DNA of 28,614 nucleotides from a virus (IMGVR_UViG_3300025608_000998:1-28614), one strand, 5' to 3'; shown: positions 8,825-17,003, numbered from the stretch's first letter. The notes: generated by a model not told the origin, from the letters alone. Numbers and translations are program-made.

Positions 8825-9606
8825 GAATAATCGCTGGACCATGTCAACACGAGACTCTTGATCAATCGTTGGTTATCGCTGATCATTGTGCTGAGGTTTG
8901 TGACAAACTCGGTGTTGAGTACATTTTCAAAGCATCGTATGACAAAGCGAATCGTTCGTCTGAAGGAACTCAACGTGGTCAAGGACTTCACGTCACTCTC
9001 GACGAGTTTGGCATGATGAAATACAGGATGGGTTCTGATCTCAAGATTCTGACTGATGTTCACACAACTGAAGATGTCAGAGACATCAGAGTTTATTTCT
9101 CAAAAATCATCGATGTCATACAGATTCCAGCATTCTTGTGTCGTCAAACAGATTTGATTCACAAAACAACACAGTATGACGATTGGATTGTGAACATCAA
9201 GAAAGGACAGTTCCTTGCACCTTGGGACGTTCCTGGAATCTTGTCAAAGTGCAAAGGCGCAGAGGTTTGGGTTACTGAAAGAGGAACAAGTTTTGGCTAC
9301 AACACCTTGGTTACTGATTACACTGGCATCCGCTGGATGCTTGACAATCTTGACACTCCTATCGTTATGGACGCCACCCACGCAGTCCAGCGACCAGGAG
9401 GTGGACAAGGTGTTAGTGGGGGCAATCGGGCTTACGCTCCTTACTTGGCTTACGCTGCTGCAGCATGTGGGGTTGATAACTTTTTTCTAGAGGTTCACCC
9501 TGACCCAGACAATGCTCCATCAGATGGACCGAACATGATAAAACTTGAAGACTTTCACACTATAACAGAAAGATTGAAAAGGATAGTTGAGGTTACGAAT
9601 GGCTAA
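8821..9606 (+). CDS. kdsA: 3-deoxy-D-manno-octulosonate 8-phosphate (KDO8P) synthase
   Basis: IIAGPC, FKASYDKANRSS, QIPAFLCRQTDL, NIKKGQFLAP, TERGTSFGY, DATHAVQ and EVHPDPDNAPSDGPN. Confidence 0.95.
   Translation: MRIIAGPCQHETLDQSLVIADHCAEVCDKLGVEYIFKASYDKANRSSEGTQRGQGLHVTLDEFGMMKYRMGSDLKILTDVHTTEDVRDIRVYFSKIIDVIQIPAFLCRQTDLIHKTTQYDDWIVNIKKGQFLAPWDVPGILSKCKGAEVWVTERGTSFGYNTLVTDYTGIRWMLDNLDTPIVMDATHAVQRPGGGQGVSGGNRAYAPYLAYAAAACGVDNFFLEVHPDPDNAPSDGPNMIKLEDFHTITERLKRIVEVTNG
9538..9566 (+). promoter_or_regulatory. AAA-N16-CTATAAC promoter-like motif
   Basis: ATAAAACTTGAAGACTTTCACACTATAAC, 32 nt before the ATG at 9599. Confidence 0.55.
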
Positions 9607-9952
9607 CAAACAAGGAAAGGTGTGGGGAGAAACTGTTCTGGTTGCTCTGATTCCAGGAGTTCTGGAGTTTCATCGCATCGAAGCAAAGAAAGGTGGAGTT
9701 TGTTCAAAGCACGCACACCAATCAAAGACCAACGGTTTCTTCGTTGAGTCTGGCAAACTGTTGATTCGTGAGTGGCAGAACAGTTACGATCTTGTTGACG
9801 AAACCATCTTGGAAGCAGGTGATTATTGCACCGTGCCTCCTGGAGTCTATCATCAGTTCGAGGTCATCGAAGACTGCGTTGCTTTTGAGTTGTATTATGC
9901 GGAGTTGGTTCAAGACGACATTATCCGCGAGTCAGTGGGATTCAAGAAATGA
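9599..9952 (+). CDS. Cupin-domain protein (sugar isomerase-like)
   Basis: KVWGE, CSKHAHQSK and VPPGVYHQF cupin motifs; GAGG RBS. Confidence 0.75.
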   Translation: MANKQGKVWGETVLVALIPGVLEFHRIEAKKGGVCSKHAHQSKTNGFFVESGKLLIREWQNSYDLVDETILEAGDYCTVPPGVYHQFEVIEDCVAFELYYAELVQDDIIRESVGFKK

Positions 9953-10356
9953 AGATTTTGATCATGGGTCTTCCAGGTTCAGGCAAGACTCACTTGGCAG
10001 AGAGACTTCAAAAACATCTGGACAACTGTGCTTGGTACAATGCTGACAAGATTCGTGAGATGGCAGACGATTGGGACTTCACTCCCGATGGTCGTCACCG
10101 ACAGTCTTTCCGCATGGCAGCATTGGCGATGTTTGAGAGCGATCAGGGCAGGAAGGTCATTTGTGATTTCGTTTGCCCAACCAAAATCACTCGAAACATT
10201 TTCAATCCTGACATCACGATTTGGATGGACACAATCAAGGAAGGTCGGTTTGAAGACACGAACAAAATGTTCGAGAAACCGACCAATGCAGACTATCACT
10301 TCGTTCATTGGCTAAGCGACAAAGACATCGAGGCATTGGCCAATGAAATCGGTTGA
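9949..10356 (+). CDS. cysC: Adenylyl-sulfate (APS) kinase-like P-loop kinase
   Basis: GLPGSGKT, NADKIRE..DDWDFTPDGRHRQ, ICDFVCP and FEKP match a shortened CysC pattern. Confidence 0.7.
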   Translation: MKILIMGLPGSGKTHLAERLQKHLDNCAWYNADKIREMADDWDFTPDGRHRQSFRMAALAMFESDQGRKVICDFVCPTKITRNIFNPDITIWMDTIKEGRFEDTNKMFEKPTNADYHFVHWLSDKDIEALANEIG

Positions 10357-10558
10357 GAAGAAACGTCACCTTGCTAAAGCAGTCACTTGGAGGATCATCG
10401 CGAGTCTGACCACCGCACTTGGTGCATGGCTCTTTGGTCTTCCAGCAAAGACGATCGGATTTGTTTTTCTCGCAGATTTAATCGTCAAGTTCATTCTCTA
10501 TTACATTCATGAGAGAGTGTGGTACACAAAAATCAGATATGGAGTGAAAGATGTTTGA
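10343..10558 (+). CDS. DUF2061-like small membrane protein
   Basis: RHLAKAVTWRIIA...K.ILYYIHERVW pattern. Confidence 0.75.
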   Translation: MKSVEKKRHLAKAVTWRIIASLTTALGAWLFGLPAKTIGFVFLADLIVKFILYYIHERVWYTKIRYGVKDV

Positions 10559-10964
10559 CCCGAGAAAACCAACCACGCAAATGTTGGGAAGATGGCAACC
10601 ATGGCATGATGGTCATGCCGCATTGTTTGAAAAGGCACTGGCACAAACTGGTCAGGTTCTCATCATGATTCGTGATGTGGGTGGCATTGTCGGCGAAGAT
10701 GCTGGTGGCGGAAGAACTGCCAAACAAGACGACAATCCATTCGATTACGTCACAGTCCGTGACAACATCATCAAAGGTTTGGCTCGGAAAGGATACCATC
10801 ACATGGAACACTACGACATCATGTTGGTTCCAAACATCGTTGACATCAGCTATGGTCGAGGAGTTGGATACACTTTCACCGAGCATGACTTGGGCGAAGA
10901 AATCCACAACATCAGCGCAACCAAAATCCGTGCAAAAATGAGAGAGGAAGGGAAACTTGACTGA
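10551..10964 (+). CDS. HxGH nucleotidyltransferase (cytidylyltransferase-like)
   Basis: GRWQPWHDGH, NPF and ISATKIR. Confidence 0.75.
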   Translation: MFDPRKPTTQMLGRWQPWHDGHAALFEKALAQTGQVLIMIRDVGGIVGEDAGGGRTAKQDDNPFDYVTVRDNIIKGLARKGYHHMEHYDIMLVPNIVDISYGRGVGYTFTEHDLGEEIHNISATKIRAKMREEGKLD

Positions 10965-11664
10965 TGTTGCTTGCGTCAACTGGGGGAAGAAGTATCCAGT
11001 TGAATACACACTTCGTTTGTTCAACATGGTCAAACGGAACACAACAAAGGACTTCAAGTTCTACTGTTTGACTGATGACGTTACACGGTATGACAAGTTC
11101 CCAAACATTCACGCAGTTGAGCTCGACACTGACGACACAGGTTGGTGGTGCAAGTTTCAACTCTACAACCCAGGAGTGCTACCAAATGGTGAGTATCTTT
11201 ACTTGGATCTCGACGTTGTTGTTGTCGATAATATTGATTGCTTTTTCGAGCATCCTAGCTTTGGCATTACTCGAGACTTTATTCGGCCAAACAAAGGACT
11301 CCTCCCAGGAAAAGAGTACAACTCGTCAGTCGTGAGATTTGACAACCGCAGAACTGAAGGTCTTTATAAATACTATCTTCAGAACAAGAGACAGTGGCTT
11401 GACTATCAAAAACAAATTCACTTCTTCGGTGATCAAAACGTCACTTCTGCATATCTTAATTATTACCCTGATTTTCTCAATGTCTTTCCTGATGAGTGGC
11501 TGTGGTCGTTTAAAAAAGGACAGCACAGGGGCAAAACAGCGGGAGATCGAAGTCAGTGGTTCGGTCGAACTGTGCCCGAAGGAGGCAAAGTCTGCGTGTT
11601 CCATGGAGATCCAAATCCAACGGAGGTTCTAGATGTCGACTGGATTGCCAGCAACTACCGTTGA
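10957..11664 (+). CDS. Putative glycosyltransferase
   Basis: CVNWGKKY, GWWCK, YLDLDVVV, YNSSVV, GDQ and VFHGDPNP; TTG start with a GAGG RBS. Confidence 0.7.
   Translation: MTDVACVNWGKKYPVEYTLRLFNMVKRNTTKDFKFYCLTDDVTRYDKFPNIHAVELDTDDTGWWCKFQLYNPGVLPNGEYLYLDLDVVVVDNIDCFFEHPSFGITRDFIRPNKGLLPGKEYNSSVVRFDNRRTEGLYKYYLQNKRQWLDYQKQIHFFGDQNVTSAYLNYYPDFLNVFPDEWLWSFKKGQHRGKTAGDRSQWFGRTVPEGGKVCVFHGDPNPTEVLDVDWIASNYR
11365..11372 (+). promoter_or_regulatory. Possible T4-type late promoter (TATAAATA)
   Basis: Exact T4 late consensus in a TpA-poor genome, but intragenic and ~260 nt from the next start. Confidence 0.3.
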
Positions 11665-11908
11665 GAAAGAGTTCAAACTTTTCACACGAAGGACGATGAT
11701 CTCTGAAACACCTGAAGGTCTCCAAGCATCCAATATTCAAGTGTTCATGTACGATGATGCTGACATCGCGTATGAGTATCACAAAGAACAACTCACTTTC
11801 TCCAAATGGCAAGAGGCACTGAACAACGGTGAGTGTTTCTTCAAAGTTCAAAGAGACGACGGAGTCGTCAACACCTGTTTCCTCGAGGTTCGTCATGTCA
11901 TTGTCTGA
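11633..11908 (+). CDS. Hypothetical protein
   Basis: GGAGG RBS before the ATG; fills the gap. Confidence 0.65.
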   Translation: MSTGLPATTVEKEFKLFTRRTMISETPEGLQASNIQVFMYDDADIAYEYHKEQLTFSKWQEALNNGECFFKVQRDDGVVNTCFLEVRHVIV

Positions 11909-12029
11909 GTTCGAGGAATTCCTCAAATGGATGGGCGATCGTCCCATTCCTGATCCCCAACACCTACCTAAGAGTTTTCAATACCTTGCTAAGTGTTTCA
12001 AATACCAGAAGAAAAAAAGTAGCAAATAA
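11895..12029 (+). CDS. Small hypothetical protein, 44 aa
   Basis: GAGG RBS, then MSLSEFEEFLKWMGDRPIPDPQHLPKSFQYLAKCFKY... Confidence 0.6.
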   Translation: MSLSEFEEFLKWMGDRPIPDPQHLPKSFQYLAKCFKYQKKKSSK

Positions 12030-12071
12030 CGAAAAATAATCGTTGCTTTTTCTGCGCAACTAGTGCATACT
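12008..12071 (+). promoter_or_regulatory. Sigma70-type early promoter with A-rich UP element
   Basis: TTGCTT (12043-12048), 17-nt spacer, CATACT (12066-12071). A-tracts lie upstream and a GAGGAG RBS downstream. Confidence 0.7.
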
Positions 12072-12098
12072 TACTGTATTGAAATTGAGGAGAAGACT

Positions 12099-12362
12099 AT
12101 GTTGAAATTTGAAAATCTTGCAGAAGTTGGTCAGGTTATCCGTGGTTATGACTTCATGGGCAACAAAGAAGCATACATCGAAGGTAAAGTGATCGCTAAA
12201 GGCGAAATCACTCATCCTGTCACAGGCATGTACATGTACGATGCCTACACTATCATCGTTGAGAAAGACGGTGCTGATTTCGGTCGTGAAGGCGAAGAAG
12301 CATACATCCCGTTTGAAAACGGTTTCATGGAGTATGACAGTCGCGTTGAGTTGATCTCGTGA
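12099..12362 (+). CDS. Hypothetical early protein
   Basis: Strong GAGGAG RBS, ATG at 12099 (MLKFENLAEVG...). Confidence 0.8.
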   Translation: MLKFENLAEVGQVIRGYDFMGNKEAYIEGKVIAKGEITHPVTGMYMYDAYTIIVEKDGADFGREGEEAYIPFENGFMEYDSRVELIS

Positions 12363-12475
12363 ACCCAGTCGCGAAGTTCGCTGGAAAGTTCAACAAAGCA
12401 AAAACTTTCCGCGATCGTAAAAAAGATTTGAAACGCAACTATAACGTAAAACACAAGAAGAGGAACGAAGTATGA
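12359..12475 (+). CDS. Small basic protein, 38 aa; not in the ORF track
   Basis: GTG start, MNPVAKFAGKFNKAKTFRDRKKDLKRNYNVKHKKRNEV, with GTGA/ATGA overlaps on both sides. Resembles NPVAK...FNK...DRKK small phage proteins. Confidence 0.7.
   Translation: MNPVAKFAGKFNKAKTFRDRKKDLKRNYNVKHKKRNEV
12417..12445 (+). promoter_or_regulatory. AAA-N16-CTATAAC promoter-like motif
   Basis: GTAAAAAAGATTTGAAACGCAACTATAAC, 26 nt before the ATG at 12472. Confidence 0.6.
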
Positions 12476-12693
12476 GCAAAATGAGTCAAGCAATCTTTTC
12501 AGGTCAGACATTCGCGCAAGAGAACTTCAGTCTTGACAGTCGCGCATTTGAAGACAAAGCACGCAGTGAACTGGGCATGCTCGAGTGTGCTGCTGCGATC
12601 GATGAGTTCGCGACAATCAAGCAAGAGTTGTCTGAGTACTATTCTTCAGAACCTTTTGTGGAAGCGATTGTTGAAGACGGAGTGCCATTCTGA
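12472..12693 (+). CDS. Hypothetical protein
   Basis: GAGGA RBS; coupled to its neighbours. Confidence 0.7.
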   Translation: MSKMSQAIFSGQTFAQENFSLDSRAFEDKARSELGMLECAAAIDEFATIKQELSEYYSSEPFVEAIVEDGVPF

Positions 12694-12971
12694 TGAACAA
12701 GATCTACATCATTGACCGCAACTTCAGCTACATAGAAGAAGACATTTTGGATCACACCGAAGCAACCAATCGTGCAAAGGTTAGTTCGCTTCATGCCTTC
12801 TGTTCGATTTTGAAGAACACGAACGGCAAGGTCTTTTTCTATGAACACGGTGAGTTGTGTGGAGCGAAGCGAAGAGAAGAACTCTCGACAACTGCATATG
12901 ACATTTTGGTTGGAAAGATGACTCGTGAAGTCGCGCAAGTCAGAGGTCGCGCCACGAGGAAGAAGCAATGA
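12693..12971 (+). CDS. Hypothetical protein
   Basis: TGATG overlap with the upstream gene; GGAG RBS. Confidence 0.65.
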   Translation: MNKIYIIDRNFSYIEEDILDHTEATNRAKVSSLHAFCSILKNTNGKVFFYEHGELCGAKRREELSTTAYDILVGKMTREVAQVRGRATRKKQ

Positions 12972-13138
12972 CTTTTCGCCAGTGGTGCAACGAAAAGTAT
13001 CTCGAGTACAAAGACGAGATTCTTGAATGGACTCATCGCGCTGCCGAAGAAGAAGCAAGGGAATATTTTCAACGAAACAAGTGGTTCCTCAAGAAAAAAT
13101 ACAGAGAGGAACACTATAATAAGATCATCTCGTCGTAG
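12968..13138 (+). CDS. Small hypothetical protein, 56 aa; not in the ORF track
   Basis: MTFRQWCNEKYLEYKDEILEWTHRAAEEEAREYFQRNKWFLKKKYREEHYNKIISS; GAGGA RBS and ATGA overlap. Confidence 0.7.
   Translation: MTFRQWCNEKYLEYKDEILEWTHRAAEEEAREYFQRNKWFLKKKYREEHYNKIISS
13092..13120 (+). promoter_or_regulatory. AAA-N16-CTATAAT promoter for the tRNA cluster
   Basis: AGAAAAAATACAGAGAGGAACACTATAAT; tRNA-Arg begins 8 nt later. Confidence 0.65.
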
Positions 13139-13205
13139 TTCAGCTGGATAGAACATCTGCCTTCTAAGCAGAGGGTCGCAGGTTCGAGTCCTGCCGACGA
13201 GGCCA
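13129..13205 (+). tRNA. tRNA-Arg(UCU)
   Basis: Acceptor stem CTCGTCG/CGACGAG, anticodon arm TCTGC-CT-TCT-AA-GCAGA, GGTTCGAGTCC T-arm, encoded CCA. Confidence 0.95.
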
Positions 13206-13211
13206 ATTAAT

Positions 13212-13287
13212 TGCTCGATAGCTCAGTAGGTAGAGCAGGAGACTGTTAATCTCTTGGTCCCAGGTTCGAGTCCTGGTCGAGCAGCCA
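13212..13287 (+). tRNA. tRNA-Asn(GUU)
   Basis: Acceptor stem TGCTCGA/TCGAGCA, anticodon arm GGAGA-CT-GTT-AA-TCTCT, T-arm, encoded CCA. Confidence 0.95.
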
Positions 13288-13292
13288 ATTTT

Positions 13293-13367
13293 GTGGACGT
13301 GGCTGATAGGTTAGGCGACTGACTGCAAATCAGTTTTAGGCAGGTTCGATTCCTGTCGTCCACTCCA
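13293..13367 (+). tRNA. tRNA-Cys(GCA)
   Basis: Acceptor stem GTGGACG/CGTCCAC, anticodon arm ACTGA-CT-GCA-AA-TCAGT, U73 discriminator, encoded CCA. Confidence 0.93.
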
Positions 13368-13386
13368 GAGTTTGAAGGAAAAAAAA

Positions 13387-14202
13387 ATGAGATTCTATGC
13401 AATGGCAGGTCTGCCACGTTCGGGTAGCACACTGCTCTCCACTCTTATCAATCAACACCCAGAAGCATACTCAAGTGCTTCCACCCCAGTCTTTGACATG
13501 ATGGCAAACGCCAACTCATTCATTGGAAATCACGAACTTTACAAAGCAGAACCAAAAGAGGATGCTGTCTACGAACTGATGAAGTCAATCCCACGTTCTT
13601 GGTATCACGACAAGACAGACAAACAGGTCGTTGTTGACAAGAGTCGTGCTTGGACAAATCAGTTTCAATATCTCGAGTTTGGAGAGTTTGAAACTCCAAT
13701 CCTCACTTGTGTTCGAGACCTTGATGAAGTGATTGCTTCTTTCATTCGTTTGGTCAAGAAGAACCCATTCAAAGGCGAAGGTAAAATGAACTTCATTGAC
13801 AGAGATGTTGTTCTTCAAGGATACAATGAAATCAATGATCGCAATCGTTGCCTCACTTTGATTGGTGAAACTGGTGTTGTCGGTCGTCATCTCAATCAGT
13901 TGAGAGACATCTATGAAAAGAAAAATCAAGATAAAATCCACATCATTGAATACAACGATTTGGTTGAAGACACACAGGCAACGATGGACAAAGTCTTTGA
14001 GATGTTGAAGTTGGATCCAGTTCCAATCAAGAAAGAAGGATTGAAGAGCATTCATGCCGAGAAGGATGCAGAAATCTATGGACTCGAAGGAATGCACACA
14101 GTCAAGAAGACCATCGAGAAAACCACTCAGCCAACAAGCGAACTGCTTGACGAAGAGATTTTGAAAGCATGTGAAGGCACAGCAATCTGGAGAACTCAAT
14201 GA
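13387..14202 (+). CDS. PAPS-dependent sulfotransferase
   Basis: 5'-PSB motif GLPRSGSTLL, DKSRAW, 3'-PB-like VRDLDEVIASF, and IEYNDLV. Confidence 0.85.
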   Translation: MRFYAMAGLPRSGSTLLSTLINQHPEAYSSASTPVFDMMANANSFIGNHELYKAEPKEDAVYELMKSIPRSWYHDKTDKQVVVDKSRAWTNQFQYLEFGEFETPILTCVRDLDEVIASFIRLVKKNPFKGEGKMNFIDRDVVLQGYNEINDRNRCLTLIGETGVVGRHLNQLRDIYEKKNQDKIHIIEYNDLVEDTQATMDKVFEMLKLDPVPIKKEGLKSIHAEKDAEIYGLEGMHTVKKTIEKTTQPTSELLDEEILKACEGTAIWRTQ

Positions 14203-14501
14203 CACTCGAAGAACTTGAAAGAGCAGTGGCTCAATGGCACCACGATCGCAATCTGATTGACGGTGCAACTGACAAAGATCAGTTCATGAAACTGATTCAA
14301 GAGGCAGGTGAACTGTCTGACAATCTTTGCAAAGGCAAGAGCATTGCCGACGACATCGGTGACATGATGGTTGTTTTGATCAATATCGCAGAAAGAAATG
14401 GTCTTTCTTTGTACGAATGCCTTGAAGTTGCCTATAACGATATCAAAGACCGAAAGGGTAGAATGGTCGATGGAGTGTTCGTGAAAGAAGGGGACGAATG
14501 A
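14199..14501 (+). CDS. mazG: MazG-like nucleotide pyrophosphohydrolase
   Basis: QFMKLIQEAGEL...DDIGDMMVVL...AYNDIKDRKG. Confidence 0.85.
   Translation: MTLEELERAVAQWHHDRNLIDGATDKDQFMKLIQEAGELSDNLCKGKSIADDIGDMMVVLINIAERNGLSLYECLEVAYNDIKDRKGRMVDGVFVKEGDE
14488..14501 (+). repeat. 14-bp direct repeat, copy 1 (AAGGGGACGAATGA)
   Basis: Identical to 15090-15103; contains the RBS and the ATGA stop/start overlap. Confidence 0.85.
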
Positions 14502-15103
14502 AAATGAAAAAACTAATCACAGCAGCAATATTGGCAACAGCCATTGGGAGCAATGCTATGGCAGCAACAGAAGAAATCGTGTTTGGTATGGGATGTTTTT
14601 GGGGTGCAGAGAAACGCATGAGTGAACTTCCTGGTGTCCTGGATGTTGAATCAGGTTATGCGGGTGGCGACATGGACGATGCAACGTACTACAAAGTTAT
14701 GGCAGCAGCAAGATTATCAAGATTCGGCATTGGCAAATCCCATGCTGAAGTCGTTCGCGTGAAGTATGACACATCGGTCACCTCGACGGATGCCGTGGTG
14801 AAGAAGTTCTGGGAGTCACATGATCCAACCCAAGGCGATCGTCAGGGCAATGATGTGGGTGCGCAGTATCGTTCTGCTGCCTACTACACCAGCGACGAGC
14901 AAAAGGATGTCATCAACAAAACATTGGCTCAGTATCAGTCTCTGCTGAACAATGCTGGCCATGGCACCATCACCACAGAGGTTGCTCCTCTCGGTAAGTA
15001 CTTCACAGCAGAAGAGTATCATCAGAACTATCTGGTCAAGAATCCTAATGGTTACTGTGGTCTGGGTGGCATTGGTGTGAAGTTCCCAAAAGGGGACGAA
15101 TGA
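14498..15103 (+). CDS. msrA: Peptide methionine-S-sulfoxide reductase with N-terminal signal peptide
   Basis: GCFWG, GYAGG, HAEVV, HDPTQGDRQGNDVGAQYRS, AEEYHQNY and NGYC; leader MKKLITAAILATAIGSNAMA. Confidence 0.95.
   Translation: MKMKKLITAAILATAIGSNAMAATEEIVFGMGCFWGAEKRMSELPGVLDVESGYAGGDMDDATYYKVMAAARLSRFGIGKSHAEVVRVKYDTSVTSTDAVVKKFWESHDPTQGDRQGNDVGAQYRSAAYYTSDEQKDVINKTLAQYQSLLNNAGHGTITTEVAPLGKYFTAEEYHQNYLVKNPNGYCGLGGIGVKFPKGDE
15090..15103 (+). repeat. 14-bp direct repeat, copy 2 (AAGGGGACGAATGA)
   Basis: Identical to 14488-14501. Confidence 0.85.
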
Positions 15104-15726
15104 TGCCATATCCGGTAATTATTGAAAAGAACAAAGATGGTGAGAAAGCATACGATGTTTACAGTCGCATGCTCAAAGATCGCATCATCTTCTTGACAGA
15201 GGTGGTCGACGAAGCGATGGCCAATCACATTGTGGCTCAGTTGCTTCTGCTCGAGAGTCAGAACGACACGGCACCGATCGTGATGTACATCAACTCTCCA
15301 GGAGGTTCGGTGACTGCAGGTCTGGCAATCTACGACACCATGCAGTACATCAGTTCACCTGTGCACACAATCGTCATTGGTCAAGCATGTTCAATGGGTT
15401 CGTTCCTCGCCATGGCAGGTGAAGCAGGAAATCGATATGTTCTGCCAAACGCACGCACCATGATTCATCGTGTCAGTTCAGGAACACAAGGAACGTCTGG
15501 TTCAGTCCACGTTCAGGAACTTGAGTTTGAAGACGCGAAACGTCGTCTCGAAGAATCAAAGAGAATCAACGATGATCTCACACGGATGTATGAGAAACAC
15601 AACACGGCAGGGAAGACGTTCGAAGAGTTGCGAGAGGTCATGAAGTTTGACACATATCTGACAGCGCAGGAAGCAGTTGATTTTGGACTCGCAGACCACG
15701 TAGTAGAAAAAAGAGAAACTGTATGA
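15100..15726 (+). CDS. clpP: ATP-dependent Clp protease proteolytic subunit
   Basis: [40 protein letters not shown] (Ser), MIH (His) and FDTYL (Asp). Confidence 0.93.
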   Translation: MMPYPVIIEKNKDGEKAYDVYSRMLKDRIIFLTEVVDEAMANHIVAQLLLLESQNDTAPIVMYINSPGGSVTAGLAIYDTMQYISSPVHTIVIGQACSMGSFLAMAGEAGNRYVLPNARTMIHRVSSGTQGTSGSVHVQELEFEDAKRRLEESKRINDDLTRMYEKHNTAGKTFEELREVMKFDTYLTAQEAVDFGLADHVVEKRETV

Positions 15727-17003
15727 AATACAAAGTAGCAGATATAAGTCTTGCAGATTTTGGGCGAAAGGAAATCGCTCTTGCTGAAAAGGAAATGCCA
15801 GCATTGATGGCTATCCGTTCACAATACAAGGATGAACAACCACTGGCAGGTGCCAAGATTGTTGGTTGCATTCACATGACCATTCAAACCGCAGTGTTGA
15901 TTGAGACTTTGGTTGATCTTGGTGCTGAGGTCAAGTGGTCATCATGCAACATCTTTTCAACGCAAGACCATGCTGCAGCAGCAATCGCTGACCAAGGCAT
16001 TCCTGTCTTCGCTTGGAAAGGACAGTCTGAAGAAGATGCAGAATGGTGCATTCGTCAGACCATTGAAGGTTGGGAACCAAACATGATTCTCGACGACGGT
16101 GGTGACGCAACTGCAATGATCCATAACGAGTATCCTCATTTGCTGGAAAACATCAAAGGTGTCACTGAAGAAACAACGACAGGTGTTCATCGTCTGTGGA
16201 AGATGCTGGAAGAAGGCACTCTGAAGATTCCTGCGATCAACGTCAACGATGCTGTCACAAAGGCAAAGAACGACAACAAGTACGGTTGCCGTCATAGTTT
16301 GAACGATGCTCTCAAGAGATCAACTGATATGTTGTTGATGGGCAAGCAAGCATTGGTCATAGGATATGGAGATGTGGGCAAAGGTTCTGCTGCTTCATTG
16401 CGACAGGAAGGTATGATTGTTCGAGTCACAGAGATTGACCCCATCTGCGCAATGCAAGCATGTATGGACGGTTTTGAGGTGGTTCTTCCAAGTGAATATG
16501 TTGCCGTGACTGACGTTCTTGTGACAGCAACAGGAAACATCAACGTCTGTAGTTCAGGTCATCTTCATCAGCTGAAGAGAGGTGCTGTTGTCTGCAACAT
16601 CGGACACTTTGACAACGAGATCGACACACAGTTTTTGTATGAAAACTTCAAAGTGGAAGAAATCAAAGAGAATGTCGACAAGATCTATCGCTCAGAAGAT
16701 CCAGACGACTACATCATTCTTCTGGCAAAGGGTCGTCTCGTCAATCTTGGCAACGCGACAGGTCATCCGTCACGAATCATGGATGGCTCATTTGCGAACC
16801 AAGTGTTGGCTCAGATTGAAATGTATCGAAACACACCAAACGAGATCAGTGTCAAAATTCTTCCCAAGAAGTTGGACGAAGAAGTTGCTCGATACATGGT
16901 TGAAGGTTTCGGTGGAAAAATTATGCGAATGACAGAACAGCAAGCAGAATACATCAACGTGCCTATCGATGGTCCATTCAAGAATGAGGAGTACAAATAT
17001 TGA
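15723..17003 (+). CDS. ahcY: S-adenosylhomocysteine hydrolase
   Basis: [52 protein letters not shown] and [14 protein letters not shown]. Confidence 0.97.
   Translation: MKYKVADISLADFGRKEIALAEKEMPALMAIRSQYKDEQPLAGAKIVGCIHMTIQTAVLIETLVDLGAEVKWSSCNIFSTQDHAAAAIADQGIPVFAWKGQSEEDAEWCIRQTIEGWEPNMILDDGGDATAMIHNEYPHLLENIKGVTEETTTGVHRLWKMLEEGTLKIPAINVNDAVTKAKNDNKYGCRHSLNDALKRSTDMLLMGKQALVIGYGDVGKGSAASLRQEGMIVRVTEIDPICAMQACMDGFEVVLPSEYVAVTDVLVTATGNINVCSSGHLHQLKRGAVVCNIGHFDNEIDTQFLYENFKVEEIKENVDKIYRSEDPDDYIILLAKGRLVNLGNATGHPSRIMDGSFANQVLAQIEMYRNTPNEISVKILPKKLDEEVARYMVEGFGGKIMRMTEQQAEYINVPIDGPFKNEEYKY

Noticed and set aside
13379-13387. A9 run at the sulfotransferase start as a phase-variation or frameshift site
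   Set aside because: The run lies between the RBS and the probable ATG, so slippage would change spacing only, not the frame.
14410-14438. GCCTATAAC upstream of msrA
   Set aside because: The position is plausible but the A-tract is absent (TGTACGAA), so it was left out of the motif set.
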